A stretch of 56,010 nucleotides of DNA from a virus (taxonomy: Duplodnaviria > Caudoviricetes). Both the position numbers and the translations under genes were made by a program. Below the pieces are notes generated by a model that worked only from the letters and a program-made list of their open reading frames with translations, did no database searches and was not told the origin of the DNA. The stretch is from the IMG/VR virus record IMGVR_UViG_3300045282_000096, positions 1-56,010 of that record; one strand, 5' to 3'. Each line of letters starts with the position of its first letter. Position 1 is the stretch's first letter. Positions 55,356 to 56,010 of this stretch are shown here, in pieces.

Positions 55356-56010
55356 ATGAACCCACAAACCACACCACAGGCACAGACTGCGCCCACTTCA
55401 AGGGGCATGTCCAAGAGCGACTTCGAAATGCTCTTGGAAAAGGACGTTAAAACAAGTGTTTGGATTGAGCCGTTCGGCGCTCAACCCGGCGACGAAATCA
55501 AAATGAGCGTCCCGCTCATTCGTCGCTACATCGCGGTACCAGCTTGGGACAAACAGAAGCAGGAGGAGATTCAACCAAGCGACGAGGAATGCGTAAAGTT
55601 CCTGATGCTGTGCAACGCTCGCAGGCTCAATCCGTTTGAGGGTGACGCCTACATGATTCCGTTTTACGACACGAGCAGCGGCAAGCACAAGTGGAGCCTA
55701 ATTACCGCACACAGTGCATTTCTCAAGCGAGCCGAATTGCATCCGTATTACGATGGAATGGAAAGTGGGATCATCGTTGAGCGCAAGGGCGACATTTTAG
55801 ACCTTCCCGGCGACTTCCGGTTGGATAACGACAAGCTGCTTGGAGGCTGGTCAATCGTTCACAACAAAAACCACACCCACCCAAGCATCAAGCGAGTGAA
55901 GCTCACAACCTACGTTAAGTCCTTTGGCGTGTGGCTTAAAGACCCAGAAGGAATGATTTGCAAAGTGGCCGAAGCTCAGAATGTGCGTGACAGCTTCCCG
56001 ACACTTATCG
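55356..56010 (+). CDS. bet: Bet/RecT recombinase, 5' part (continues at base 1)
   Basis: FLMLC.AR.LNPF..DAY.IPF...I.AHSAFLKRAE.HP.YDG..SG...L.GGW..V. Confidence 0.85.
   Translation, partial: MNPQTTPQAQTAPTSRGMSKSDFEMLLEKDVKTSVWIEPFGAQPGDEIKMSVPLIRRYIAVPAWDKQKQEEIQPSDEECVKFLMLCNARRLNPFEGDAYMIPFYDTSSGKHKWSLITAHSAFLKRAELHPYYDGMESGIIVERKGDILDLPGDFRLDNDKLLGGWSIVHNKNHTHPSIKRVKLTTYVKSFGVWLKDPEGMICKVAEAQNVRDSFPTLI
55884..56010. repeat. Terminal direct repeat, copy 2
   Basis: Identical to 1-127. Confidence 0.97.

Noticed and set aside
55884-56010. 127-bp terminal repeat as a biological DTR
   Set aside because: The length equals a common assembler k-mer and it falls mid-gene, so it is most likely a circular-assembly overlap.
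1-56010. Stop-codon recoding, DGR/retron, or lysogeny module
   Set aside because: Long genes are intact in the standard code with all three stops used. No reverse transcriptase, template/variable repeat pair or integrase was seen.

Overview
The window is an apparently complete circular (or terminally redundant) genome of a tailed dsDNA bacteriophage. It has about 55,883 unique bp, and bases 1-127 are repeated exactly at 55884-56010. The virion module is podovirus-like: TerL, portal, scaffold, major capsid, tail-tube/stabilisation-type proteins and ejection-type proteins including a 1456-aa polyvalent protein, with no tape-measure or sheath gene. Replication and recombination genes include a Bet/RecT annealase spanning the join, a Cas4-like PD-(D/E)XK exonuclease, an SF2 helicase and a primase split by an endonuclease cassette. 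Accessory genes include a Dam-type methylase, a PAPS-reductase-family protein, six free-standing homing endonucleases and a glycosyltransferase/radical-SAM/methyltransferase cluster between portal and TerL. No integrase, DNA polymerase, reverse transcriptase, CRISPR array or recognisable endolysin was found. C-terminal motifs of exported proteins suggest a Verrucomicrobiota host (inference). The most unusual signals are: (i) two tRNA mimics with intact acceptor/D/T arms and CCA but the anticodon arm replaced by larger structures; (ii) four promoter-proximal crossing-helix (pseudoknot/switch) RNA leaders and two large structured non-coding regions; (iii) a cassette-like gene array with repeated ATGAACTCACTCGA gene starts and 'empty' mini-ORFs; (iv) a Cys-rich modular virion-decoration family ending in a signal-peptide-bearing GH27 fibre, alongside a glycan-building cluster; (v) an overprinted small gene inside the giant virion gene; and (vi) genome-wide leaderless promoters, including a probable ATA start for the portal. 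All family assignments are by eye from motifs; no database search was run.
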